Positions 13,101 to 24,587 of a stretch of DNA of 64,000 nt are shown one piece after another (position 1 is the stretch's first letter; the number at the start of each line of letters is the position of its first letter). Below the pieces are notes generated by a model that did not search any database, was not told the DNA's origin, and saw only the letters and a list, made by a program, of their open reading frames with translations. The DNA is taken from assembly GCA_002269645.1 (NCBI GenBank), contig NIVC01000984.1, positions 62,001 to 126,000 on the forward strand. Reading direction: 5' to 3'. Both the position numbers and the translations under genes were made by a program. Source of the stretch: Macrostomum lignano. Lineage: Eukaryota.

Positions 13101-14694
13101 AACAGGATCCGCCCCCAACTCTAGCTACAGCCTCAACAGGATCCGCCCCCAACTCTAGCTACAGCCTCAACAGGATCCGCCCCCAACTCTAGCTACAGCC
13201 TCAACAGGATCCGCCCCCAACTCTAGCTACAGCCTCAACAGGATCCGCCTCCCCCCGACCCCCCAACTCTAGTTACATACCGCAGGATCCGCCCCTCCTG
13301 TTACACTGACCCAACTCAGGATCCGCTCCTCCTGTTACACTGACCCAACTCAGGATCCGCTTCTCCTGTTACACTGACCCAACTCAGGATCCGCTCCTCC
13401 TGTTACACTGACCCAACTCAGGATCCGCTCCTCCTGTTACACTGACCCACCACAAAATCCACCCTTCCTGCACTGCTCCGAAATTGAAGCGACTCTCGTC
13501 ACTCTCATATATCTCAATAATCCCAGCTCACCTGCCAGACAGAATGGCCAGATGCAGCGCAGTTCGCCCATAGAAATCGGTGAGCAAATTTGGCGGAAAA
13601 GCGCCGTCGCGAACAAACGCTTGGACGCAGCCAACGTGGCCGTACCAGGCGGCGTAGTGCAAGGCATTCCAACCAGCCGGATCTTTGCCCAACGGGAAGG
13701 CGGACTCGCGCAACAATCTAGTGACACTGTCCGGTTCGTTAGCGTACACAACCTGATGAAGCGGCAGACCGGATAGCCAGTCCGCGCCGCCAGCATGCGC
13801 CTGAAGCTCCTGCTCGGGGAATAGAGTTGGCGCTAGGCGCCTAGCCCGATCTAATCGAGGCTCCTGCTTGCCAGCAAACGGATTTCGAACAAAGGCGTCA
13901 ACTCGAGGCTCGTAAATTGCGAATTCGTCGCCTGCCCACGGGCTGGGCACGAATATGTCAACTAAAGCCGCCTCGCTAGTGTCCAATCTTTCCACTGAGG
14001 CTGAGTTGGGACTGAGAAATCGACGACCGTCCATTGGATAATCAGCCGAGGGTGCCGGAAGTGTGGCCGCGTAAACCGGATGCTGACTGTGCTGCTGATG
14101 ATGCTGCGGATGCTGCGTCTGATGCTGAGGCTGATGCTGTTGGCTAGGGTTCTGATGCTTATTTAGATGCTCCAGGCTGACTGATTTCTGTCTGGCCTCG
14201 TTGAAACTAAACAGCCGGCGTAGGCCGCCGCTGTTCCGGCTTCGTTCCTGCAGCCAAATATAGGCGAATTCTACGAACCGATTAGTCCGGCTAGCGTGGT
14301 CCAATTTATGGAGCCCCTCGCGCAGCGTCCGCATAGAAACGAATCGATGCTTGCCGCCAATAGGGCTGGCCGCCCGAATGTCAAGTCTGCGATCGCTGGG
14401 CAGCAAAGCGAGCACTAGGGAGCAGCGGTCGCCGACGCCTTCGTCAGTTGCTAAAGCATCAATAAGCAGCTGCAGATTGGCTGACGCGGCCTCATTGCCG
14501 GGTAAAATGGAGCGCAGAAAGCCCTGCACAGCCGACGGTATTTTGCCTGCTGTTGCCCGAACAACAGGCACCTCATAGTGCTGGCCAGCCGGGTCAAGCG
14601 GAGCCACTAGTGTCTCAACACCTTCAGACACAGAGTCTGAACCGCTGTGACGAAGTGCCAGGACGGCTACGTCTACAGTTGATGAGCCTGACAT
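7158..14694 (-). CDS. KRIT1: KRIT1/CCM1 (N-terminal Nudix-like region, ankyrin repeats, FERM domain), 4 coding exons
   Basis: Exons 14694-13532, 11494-10963, 9551-9162, 7385-7158, all GT-AG and in phase. Motifs WNALHYAAWYG (ANK), FTLWVCSQNLRLQLKPMHKP, PKLFLRRN, FFTGQ and VFIGVNDIGLHLL match KRIT1. Confidence 0.92.
7389..9115. repeat. 23 bp minisatellite (GATGACACAAATGTGAGCAGATT), ~75 copies, filling KRIT1 intron 3
   Basis: Tandem array running from the acceptor AG to ~45 nt from the donor. Confidence 0.97.
9590..10882. repeat. 34 bp minisatellite (AGGAACTGCCTGCTCAGGAGGATTTCTGTCAACA), ~38 copies, in KRIT1 intron 2
   Basis: Directly visible tandem units. Confidence 0.97.
11572..13270. repeat. 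~35-43 bp C-rich minisatellite (CAACAGGATCCGCCCCC[CTCCCCC]AACTCTAGCTACAGCCT) in KRIT1 intron 1
   Basis: Tandem units with a variable poly-C tract and one BamHI site per unit. Confidence 0.96.
13280..13450. repeat. 34 bp minisatellite (TGTTACACTGACCCAACTCAGGATCCGCTCCTCC), ~5 copies
   Basis: Adjacent to the C-rich array and shares its CAGGATCCGC core. Confidence 0.9.
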
Positions 14695-15033
14695 TTGAGT
14701 GGAGACAGTTGTCAGTTTTTTTTATTAAAAATCGAATTAGCCACTTAGCTGCCAGTGAGACGGGGCAGCCTTGCTGAAAGTATCAAAGTATTTCAAGTAA
14801 ACAGAAGTAAAAAGAAGGCATAAAATCAACAAGGTCTGCATAGAGAAAGAGGAGTCAATATCATCCCCTAGAAATCAGCAGAACATCTTAAATTCATCAA
14901 GCCAAACCAACTTATCTTGCAATTATCAGTTTGTTTTTATCCTGAACAGCTAGCTATTAACAATTAAAAGGGACTATCAACTTAAGCTCATCAACTTTTC
15001 ACAGTTTTTGTTACGATGTAAATACTGCCAGTG

Positions 15034-15394
15034 AGGGGGGCCGTAGCCCAGCGGTAGCGCAGCTGCTCTGGTGTGCCAGCGACCCAGGCTCGATTCCAAG
15101 TGCAGTCACATTAATTTGGGGCTGAATTGGAATCTCGGCTTGGCTCTGCTCGTGCAATTAACGGCCTTGAGAGCCAACCCCCCAAGGCGCAGTGAAGTGT
15201 ACATGCCTAACGATAATATAAAGTTAGGGCCGCTGTACATTCCTATGTGAGTGTGTGCCTGCGTACATATCCACGCGCTTGTATGCCTGCTCAAGGGAGT
15301 TGGCGGAATGGGCAGTAATGCCTCTTGCCGGTTGTGTGCCTATGTCGCTTAAAGTGCGCCAGGGTGGACATAACCCCCTTGCCTCTAATAAAAA
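15034..15394 (+). mobile_element. tRNA-derived SINE (family A) with a 15 bp target-site duplication
   Basis: A box TAGCCCAGCGG, B box GGCTCGATTCC, A-rich tail, perfect TSD TAAATACTGCCAGTG at 15019-15033 and 15395-15409. A homologous copy is at 24995. Confidence 0.9.
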
Positions 15395-16817
15395 TAAATA
15401 CTGCCAGTGTTATTCTCCAGTTACTATGTAAATAGTACTAGACTAGCAATCTAGTGCCCCCTTTGGGGTGCCCAATAAGCAAGGAGCAAAAATGATTCAT
15501 GGAAAACAATTAAAAAAGAACATTATCTTAAGAACCAATTCCCTTCTTTAGTTTTAAAAATCATCTTATTCAAGTAAAACTGTCACAGACAAAGATGTTT
15601 GTTATGAATCTCTTTTTTTCTAAAAGTAACAAAGACAACAAAATAAAGCTTTTGATGTAACCACACTCTGGTCGCGGGGTCTGGTGGGGGAAACTTTTCG
15701 GAATCTCCCAGATCTCCTTTGACCCACTGAGCAGAGCTGTAGAGACTGGGCCAGGCCAACTGACTCCCGCTCTGTTGCATCCCTCCTGCTGTCTTGTTTC
15801 CGTCTCCCACTCAGCCATGCCCACACGTGCCTTTCCGGAGTCCTCTTTTCTTTCTGCACCTCACCTATCTCCCCGTTTCCCATGCGCCCTACCCTATTTA
15901 TCATGTACCTCTCCTGTTTCCCATCTTTTTGTCGTGCTTCAGCACGTTTTTCTTGCTCTGTCCCCTCCTCAACCCATGCTTACTTACAGTATTGCTTGGG
16001 CTCACCGTCGCCCCATCTCCTTTTAAAATCCCAAACGGTCACGCAAGGCTTCTGACCCTCCTTCACCCCGATAACTCATCACCCCTCTTGTGCAACCTTT
16101 TCTCATGCCAAGATTTCTCATGTGACACCCACCCCTTCTCTGCTCCTATTGTTCTCGTTTTCGCACCAAATTATCACATTTCCCCGATTTTCTCGTTCTT
16201 TTGTTCTCCTTTTTGCACCCAATAAGCACATTTTCTCCAATGTTTGTTTTTCTATTGTTCTCATTTCTCCCCAATTATCTCCAATTTCTATTTCTTTGTT
16301 CTCGCTCTGAATCCTATTGTTCTCAATGTTTGCTTGAGCAACATTTCTTCGACCCCCAGCTGTGCTCATTTTCCCCCCAACCCTCCTCCAGATTGTGCAA
16401 TTTTCCCATATCTCATGTTGCTATGGCATTCTCATGCTTCTTATCATGACTCATTCTGACATCATTTCTCACGTGACCTCATCATAGAGGTCACGAGGAC
16501 TATTTAAGGAAGTGATTTTTGGCATGAGAACCTCCGTACTGTGTCACCTCTTCGAAGTCGTCCTTCTCGTCCTATCTTTGGACTTGTCGTCAGACGCCAG
16601 TCTGACCCCCCCCATTCGTCTATAGGACAAATCTCTGCCGGTCCGCGGTCTCATACCGCCAAGTTCCCTTAGCTCCCCAAGCGAGCTCATCTGCCGGACC
16701 GCGGTCTGATACCGTCCAGCATCCTCAGCATCACCTGAGCTATATCAGCACCTTGTCACCTTAGCGATTTGCCACTTCACTACCTGCCTGTCTGCAGTCT
16801 ATAGCCGCCCTAGGTCA

Positions 16818-16949
<132 letters not shown>

Positions 16950-17699
16950 AGCTGCCAGTGAGTTCCTATACTGATTTGCACTCTAATTGCCTTTGCTTAT
17001 CCGGGGTTTGCTTGTTTCCCATTGTTTGATTAGAGAACTAAGCCAATTGTGTACCATACCTTTGCTTTATCTTTATTCAATTGTGAAGCTGCCTAATTGC
17101 ATGTTTATTTTGCCTAAGGGCCTAATTATTAACAATTACTAAACTCCTCATATTTCACACATTTACCATCATTTCACTCATGGCTTACTGAGCCTTTCTC
17201 CCTGGGTGGCAAAGCATAAAAAAGTTTGGGTAAGCTAATGGCCTCTCCCCGTGCAAAGCCTACCTGTTATGCGTGCTATGGGTCTGTGTGTGCGTGCAGT
17301 AGAGGGAAATAGTGGGTCATGGCACAGAATGGCTGTAGGAAGGTTGCAACACCCTGCTTACGCGTTCCTTCGCCCTGAGCAATCTAAGCTATAGCTAGTA
17401 CATGTTCATCTCACACTACTTTTAATAAAGTAATTGAAGCCGCAAGTCTGCCTTATTCACAGCTACAAAGGATCCCCTGCTGAGAAATCTTCCAGAGCAA
17501 GCATCCTCCCAGATAGCAAGCATCCCCCAAATAGTAAAGCATCTTCTAGATAACAAGCATCTACTAGACACCAAGTAGCTAATGCAAATATTTTTCTGCT
17601 AATACAATAATTGCTTTCTTAGGTAGTACAATAATCTATCTCAGCCAGTGCAAAAATCTCTTCTTATCAAGTGTAAAAATTGATGTTTCAGCTAGTGCA

Positions 17700-18045
17700 A
17701 TAGTCCCTTTCTAAGCTAGTGCAATAATCCTGGGCGTGTCAAGTGCAATAATCATTGGTTTATCAAGTGTAATAATTCTTGGCTTATCAAGTGCAATAAT
17801 CTTTGGCTTATCAAGTGCAATAATCCTTGGTTTATCAAGTGCAATAATCCTTGATTTATCAAGTGTAATAATCCTTGGTTTATCAAATGCAATAATCTTT
17901 GGCTTATCAAGTGTAATAATCCTTGGTTTATCAAGTGTAATAATCCATTGTTTATCAAGTGCAATAATCCTTGGCTTATCAAGTGCAAAAATCCTTGGTT
18001 TATCAAGTATAATAATCCTTGGTTTATCAAGTGCAGAATTACTTG
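17700..18045. repeat. 24 bp minisatellite (CAAGTGCAATAATCCTTGGTTTAT), ~14 copies
   Basis: Directly visible tandem units. Confidence 0.93.
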
Positions 18046-19819
18046 TTTATTAAGTGCTTGGTTTACTAGTCCATTAAAAAAACTTTTAATAAAAAATTAT
18101 ACTGAAATTTGAATCAAGGTTGCTATATTAGCAATTTATTTTGTTTACATGTAGGCTAGCTCTCATTGAATTTATAAATGAATTTGTAGCATTAATAATT
18201 CAATACTCATACCAAGTCAATTATGACATAATCAATTTGTCAGGCAAGTCAATACTAGTCTCTATTAAAGTTAGCAATTTGATTACATAATATAAATCAA
18301 GTCTTGTGCTATGTTTCCTAACTGCGTTTTCAATACTCTGGCACAATTTAATTCAGTATCAAAATTCAGCCAATATATAGATTAAATATATAAAAAGTCT
18401 AATGTAATATGCAGGGATTCCCCAAGCAATATTCAAGATTGATATTCGGGAATAACAAAAATCTCTGCTTTTAAAGCACTAAACGCCATGATTTTTTTAC
18501 AGAAAAAACATCACTTACGAGATAAACCGACTTGAAAAAAAGTACGGTTACAGATTGAAAGGATTTTTTACAAATTGCAAAAAACTGGTGCTTCTTTATC
18601 TCCAAAATGTATTAGATTGATATTCGATTTCGAGTACTTCTGCTTGCTCTCTGTCGCTGAAAATTGACATGCAGGACTTCACCCAGACACTAAGCGATTA
18701 TCATAACTCAAAGCTTCATGCTCGAGAACTATTCGAGAAAAACTGATGTTCCTATATCCACAATGTATTAGATTGATATTCAATTTTGAGTACTTCTGCT
18801 TGCTCTGTCGCTAAAAATTGACATGCAGGACTTCACCTAGACACTAAGCAATTATCATAACTCAAACCAAACTCAAAGCTTCATGCTCGAGAACTATTTG
18901 AGAAAAACTGATATTTCTACATGTACATGTACATGTATCTCCACAGTGCATTAGATTGGGATAATAATTTTGTTCATTTGTGTGAATACATAGTAAGATG
19001 TTTGCAACCATGATGTACATATATTGGCTGATTTACAATTTTTTTAAAGATTCTCTACAAACTAGTAAACACTGACTCATTGGGTTCAATCAGTTAAATT
19101 GATTCATTAAGCCATGCAGCACTATTAAACTTTTTTGCATTGTGTACACTGACCTGCCTACTTGGACTGTTTGTACAGTTTCATGCCGTGCAATCAAACA
19201 TCGGTACATCCATATTTTCGGCGCTGAAATACTTTTTGCACTGCACATTTGACTGATATATTTTTTGGACAGGGCTGGATACAATTTTGCGTCAAATTGA
19301 ACCCACTCAAAATCACTCTGTAGCTACTGATTTTGAAAATAAGCTTAGAAGAAAATTTGCTGCATCTAATTATTAGTTTCACAAATTGTTTCAGGAATAG
19401 TTTCATATTCACGAATGACAGGCTTCGTTGTTAGGTCATTTCTCTTCTTTGTATATTGCTTATTGTTGGCTCAAAGTATTCCGCCAAAAGATGAGGTAAG
19501 CCACTTTTTGTCCCTGTGTCACATCTTAATCTTTGTGGCATAGTAGCCATTTGTAAATTTTATTTCATTGCTACAAAATGCCTCAAAATTTGGATGATTT
19601 ACAGATCAATAGCATTGTGACTGATGGAATAAAAAAGTTTACAATGCCTCGTAGTTTTAAAGCTTCAGCTCCCATCTTCTGCTACATCGCAGAATGACTA
19701 AATTTGAAGAATACCATACGCAATCGAGCCATGATGTTCCACTGGATACGCAAAAGAACAAAAGAAAAAAATGAATTGGCCGGATTGACTGGAACTTTCT
19801 CTGAGGGCCGCATTCCTTT

Positions 19820-19969
19820 GATTAGTACTCCCCCTAGACCTTCTAAGGGTCACTCTCCTCCGGTTAGCACTCCCCCTAGACCTTCTGAGGGTCACCCTCC
19901 TCTGGTTAGCATTCCCCCTAGACCTTCTGAGGGTCACCTTCCTCCAGTTAGCACTCCCCCTAGACCACA
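19820..19969. repeat. 42 bp tandem repeat, ~3.5 copies, each containing CTCCCCCTAG|ACC
   Basis: Visible repeat immediately before the Ulp1 motif. Confidence 0.85.
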
Positions 19970-20408
19970 CACTAAGCAAGACGATTCTTTTAGTTGTGGT
20001 GCCTTTGTCTGCTTGTATGCCAGAAGCATAATTCTTGGTAGGGAGCTACAATATCAGAAAGCAGGCAAAGACTTTCTTGAGAAAGTGCATTGTTACATAT
20101 GGAAAGTAATCAGTAACAACTCCGTTGATAGCAACCAAGGTTCTTGTGCCATTTGTCAAGCAGAAGAGCCGCCAAAAGCAGATGGTGTAGCAACAATTGA
20201 TTGGGTGAGTTGTAAAATTCTTGTACGTATAAATACCTCTGTGCCAAATATCCATATATATGTACTCACTTTACCTTTACTTCTTGTACATGCACTACAG
20301 TAGATCAAGTGCTCATCCTGTCTTGACTGGATCCACTGCATCTGTGCATCCACAACACAAGAAGAGGAAAACTTCTGCTGCTCGACCTACATCAATTTAC
20401 TCAGCTGA
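19967..20408 (+). pseudogene. Ulp1/C48-like protease C-terminal motif plus PHD finger remnant inside the foldback element
   Basis: PHTKQDDSFSCGAFVCLYA (Q-x5-CG catalytic motif), then CAICQ...IDW|intron 20205-20303|IKCSSCLDWIHCIC...FCCSTY (C4HC3 PHD with the last Cys replaced by Tyr). The upstream protease His motif was not found. Confidence 0.7.
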
Positions 20409-21727
20409 TCGATTACTATACAATTCAATGGCCTAACTTTGTGCAGCATTAAATATGCATGACTATTAGACTATAGTCTAATGATTTACTTAAATGATAA
20501 GACTAAAGAGCTAATTGAGTTTCATCTAAATTATAATTTATTCAGTGCAAATAAATGCTTAGTGTCTGGGTGAAGTCCTGCATGTCAATTTTCAGCGACA
20601 GAGAGCAAGCAGAAGTACTCGAAATTGAATATCAATCTAATACATTATGGAGATAGTAATATCAGTTTTTCTCGAATAGTTCTTGAGCATGAAGCTTTGA
20701 GTTCGGTTTGAGTTATGATAATTGCTTAGTGTCTAGGTGAAGTCCTGCATGTCAATTTTTAGTGACAGAAAGCAAGCAGAAGTACTCGAAATTGAACATC
20801 AATCTAATACATTGTGGAGATAGGAACATCAGTTTTTCTCGAATAGTTCTCGAGCATGAAGCTTTGAGTTTGGTTTGAGTTATGATAATCACTTAGTGTC
20901 TAGGTGAATTCCTGCATGTCAATTTTCAGCGACAGAGAGCAAGCAGAAGTACTCGAAATTGAATATCAATCTAATATATTGTGGAGATAAGGAAGCACCA
21001 GTTTTTTGCAAATTGTAAAAAAATCCTTTTAATCTGTAGCTGTAATTTTTTTCAAGTCGGTTTATCTTGTGGGTGATGTTTTTCTGTAAAAAATCATGGC
21101 GTTTAGTGCTTTAAAAGCAGAGATTTTTGTTATTTCCAAATATCAATCTTGAATATTGCTTGGAGAATCCCTGCATTAGTGTAATGCAATCTATTCAAAA
21201 TCAAAATTCAACCAATCAATTTTTTTAGCATACATAATACATTTCAAGTTGAAAAAGCTGCTTGACCTTTGCAAATATTTAATCCCTTTAGCATTGAGTA
21301 ATTTTTTTAGCCACAATGCATGTACCATCCCAGAAATTTTTTTATTGAATGGTATATATTTGAAGAAAATTGGTTGAGCCATTTTTTTCTAAATGATCGT
21401 ACACCCATTTATTTAACTACTTACCCAGATAGATAGAAAGATACTAATAGACCATTTTTAGTATATGGATTATAGATATTTACATACTAATAAAAATACA
21501 TAATTGATAAATTGTTTTTTATTTTTATAATGAATAATAAGTTAAAACAACTTTAAGGTAACTGAAGTATAGGCATGATTTATAGATGTTTATAGCTATA
21601 GCACCTTGTTATTACTATTAATTATGCAAAATATGAAGGGTGTTTCAAAAGAAACAAGAATTAGACATATCTTTCAAAATAATAGATTGTGTTCAAATAT
21701 AGGCAAACTATAGCTATATGTAATGTA

Positions 21728-21838
21728 GGCTATCTTCTAGTTTCGTTCGTTTAATTCAAACACCCACCCCCCACCACCCTTGAATAGAGGGCGAAATAAT
21801 TCCGGAAATAATTAAACGAACGAAACTGAAGGATAGCC
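21728..21838. mobile_element. 111 bp MITE with ~29 bp TIRs and 8 bp TSD
   Basis: TIR GGCTATCTTCTAGTTTCGTTCGTTTAATT and its near-perfect inverse; TSD GTAATGTA at 21720-21727 and 21839-21846. Confidence 0.85.
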
Positions 21839-23239
21839 GTAATGTAATATGTAATGTATTATAGTGTTTAACAACAGTATTCATTTTATTTATACCATGT
21901 TAATAACAACAAAAATATTTAGATAGTATAGGGCCTAGTACTATGAAAAATCTTAACATTAGTTACAGTAGACACAGTAGACTAGGAAGACTAGTAGGTA
22001 GAATTAATCGAACAAAATCAAATAATCAGAGATTAAAATTTAAGCTTTGTTTGCAAAAAATACACAAAAGTGATATCAGATCGACATTTTCTCTATAAGT
22101 CAGGTCAGAAATAAATTTATAAAAAAAAGAAAGAAAACTTTGTCCTAGATACTAGGGGCCCTAGGGCCTAGGATCATGTTGCTAGCACAAGCGCGAAGCG
22201 CACCGGCGGCAGGGATCACTAACTACTGAATTCACCGGCTGTTGGGTTCACCGGATTTTTAACTTTATTTTTAAGGCTTAAAAATATACATAATCGATAG
22301 CGCAAGTAAAACTAGAGATGCGCCTAGATTTTTGGCTCTGCGCGTTGCCCCTGGACATCAGGAGGGCGATTTTTGTAGGGATTTTGCAGGGATCTCAATT
22401 ATTCCATAGAAACTGCTAATTTTAAATTTCATTAAGTTTATGTGTTAGCAATTACTTGATTTCTTAGACAAAATTTTAAATCAAATTGTTAGAATTTTTT
22501 TTTATATAGAAAAATAAATATTACTACTAAAATAAAATTATGTAGTGATTTATATTGTTTATTTATGTTCTTTTCTAGAAAAGGTTCGTCACTTTAAAAC
22601 TTTGAAAATGTGACAATAACGTTTTCTTTTTGACAATAATGTGACAATAGCGGCAAGTCTCTTCTTTAAAATGACATAAACCGCAATTGATTTGAATTTA
22701 TATTTTAAGATATGTGCACTTGAGTAGAGGGAGATTGGTCATAGACTTATAGAACCTCAAATACAAGTGTACCTGCTAAAATTAGCATTCTGCTCAATGA
22801 CAATTGATATTTTTGCATGCATGAGTTGTTTTTTTGATCAAATGTGACACAGTGAAAAGCTTACTCAAAATAATATGGCTGCACCAGTTGTGTCAAATAT
22901 CTTCATTGCTCAAGTTTGATCCATCAATTGTCAAATGGACATGCATTCAAAGACAGTAGTGGCATGGCATGCCATCTTTACACTTTAGAGCTCTGGCTGC
23001 AAAGCAGCTGACATTCACAGGCAACTCTGAATTGCAGTTCAGAGGTAGAAGAACTGACATGAACTGACTAAAGGTCAGGATGCTCTGAGATCCATGCTAG
23101 CGGTGGCCTCATCTCAGATCCATTCTCTACTTGATTGATGAAGACTGCCTCCAAAGCATCCACAAAATAGCTGATAGACTAGATTGCTTAAAGTCCACTT
23201 CTTGACTTACTTGACTTAGCTGGAGGGGGTGTCTGGGGG

Positions 23240-23450
23240 ATGCAGCAAGGAGGCAGCATGTTGGCGCGCTCATTGCCAAGGAAACTGGTATGACCTGGGA
23301 TCCATCTGAGCTCAACCTGGTTGCCTTGCCTAGACCTGGAGCTGGTAGTGCTGCGGCAGAGGGCCTGAAGGGCTGCTTGGCTATCAGTATCAGAGTGAAA
23401 AATAAATTTCCGACTACTAAGCTGCCTTTGGTGCAGCTCTGCCGCGCATT
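23240..23450 (-). mobile_element. Degenerate non-LTR retrotransposon RNase H fragment
   Basis: TDSQAALQAL...VELRWIPGHTSFLGNERAN is the C-terminal half of LINE-type RNase H. Confidence 0.75.
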
Positions 23451-23454
23451 TGAA

Positions 23455-23555
23455 GTCCACAGTTTATGAGTCTTTGCAGAAGATGATTCATGCCAAGCTG
23501 AGTGCCCGTTGGGTTCCCCGATGGCTCACTGAGGACATGAAGCTGGATTGTCTAT
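23455..23555 (+). mobile_element. Mariner transposase fragment
   Basis: STVYESL...KLSARWVPRWLTEDMK contains the mariner WVPHEL-type motif. Confidence 0.65.
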
Positions 23556-24587
23556 ACAGAAGGCTTGTGTCTAGGTTGTGTAAGTCTATGACCAATCTCC
23601 CTCTACTCAAGTGCACATATCTCTTAAAATATAAATATAAATCAATTGCAGTTTATATCATTTTAAAGAAGAGACTTGCTGCTTTCAAATGACACCAAAT
23701 TTATGTCAATGCAGCTTACTAAACATTGGCAAAAATTAAAAGTAACACTACTTTCCAGACATCCCTTGTACTTTAGCCAAAGCTACCAAAGCACAAGGCA
23801 TTTCTATAGCATAGGCTATGTTACAAATGAAAACAAAACTAAGAAAGACCTGCTAGCTATTAAGAAGATTTATAAACTCATAAATAATCTTCTATAACTA
23901 TAACACCCTGTGTGTACCATGCTGTTGCTACCTATCTTACACCATAACTCATAATTACATTGTATATTGAGCATATGTTTTAAGCTAAAAGTAAATACTA
24001 TAAGGTAGCAATAGGAGTAGGCATTAAAACAAAAAATGATAAATTGCAAAAGAAAGTTTAGGATTTAGCTAATACTAGCAAATAAATAAAAATAGAAAAT
24101 GTACAAATATCAAAGAAAATATTACAAATAAAAGACTAAAAATAAGACATGAATTAATTGCCTTAACATTAAAGTCTTTATTTAGGCAAAAATTGTTGGT
24201 CGCCCTTGAAAGTTTTTAGGTCTGCCCCGAAGGGGTATTCTTTCCTCTCCTTTTCTACTCTCCATATTGTGCTTATGTTTTCTGATCATATACTAGAATA
24301 TACTTTAGCCACTTGAATGTATGCTTAGTTTCTTAGGCCTCTCTATATCATTGTCCTTATTAGATATGTACTGGTATAATATAAACAACAATATTAGATA
24401 TACATTTAGATATATTAGAATATATGAGTGTAAGTATGATATTAATTTTTTATTCTAAAGTATAACTGTTTTGTTTAATTGGTCTAGGTTTGTTTAATTG
24501 AATCTGTTTATCTTCTAAACTAAAGTACATTATAATAAATATTGCATATGCATATCATACTACTCAAGCATTAAAACTGGCAATTGC

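Larger units (their letters stand above)
18409..21176. mobile_element. Foldback/Mutator-like non-autonomous DNA transposon with ~550-620 bp modular TIRs
   Basis: 18409-~18955 is the reverse complement of ~20557-21176 (termini ATGCAGGGATT...AATCCCTGCAT). Arms contain ~160 bp sub-repeats. Near-perfect 9 bp TSD TAATGTAAT (18400-18408) / TAGTGTAAT (21177-21185). Confidence 0.85.

Noticed and set aside
22180-22215. GCGCGAAGCGC hairpin next to CTAG as a Helitron end
   Set aside because: The flanking base is not the canonical T and no other Helitron feature is nearby.
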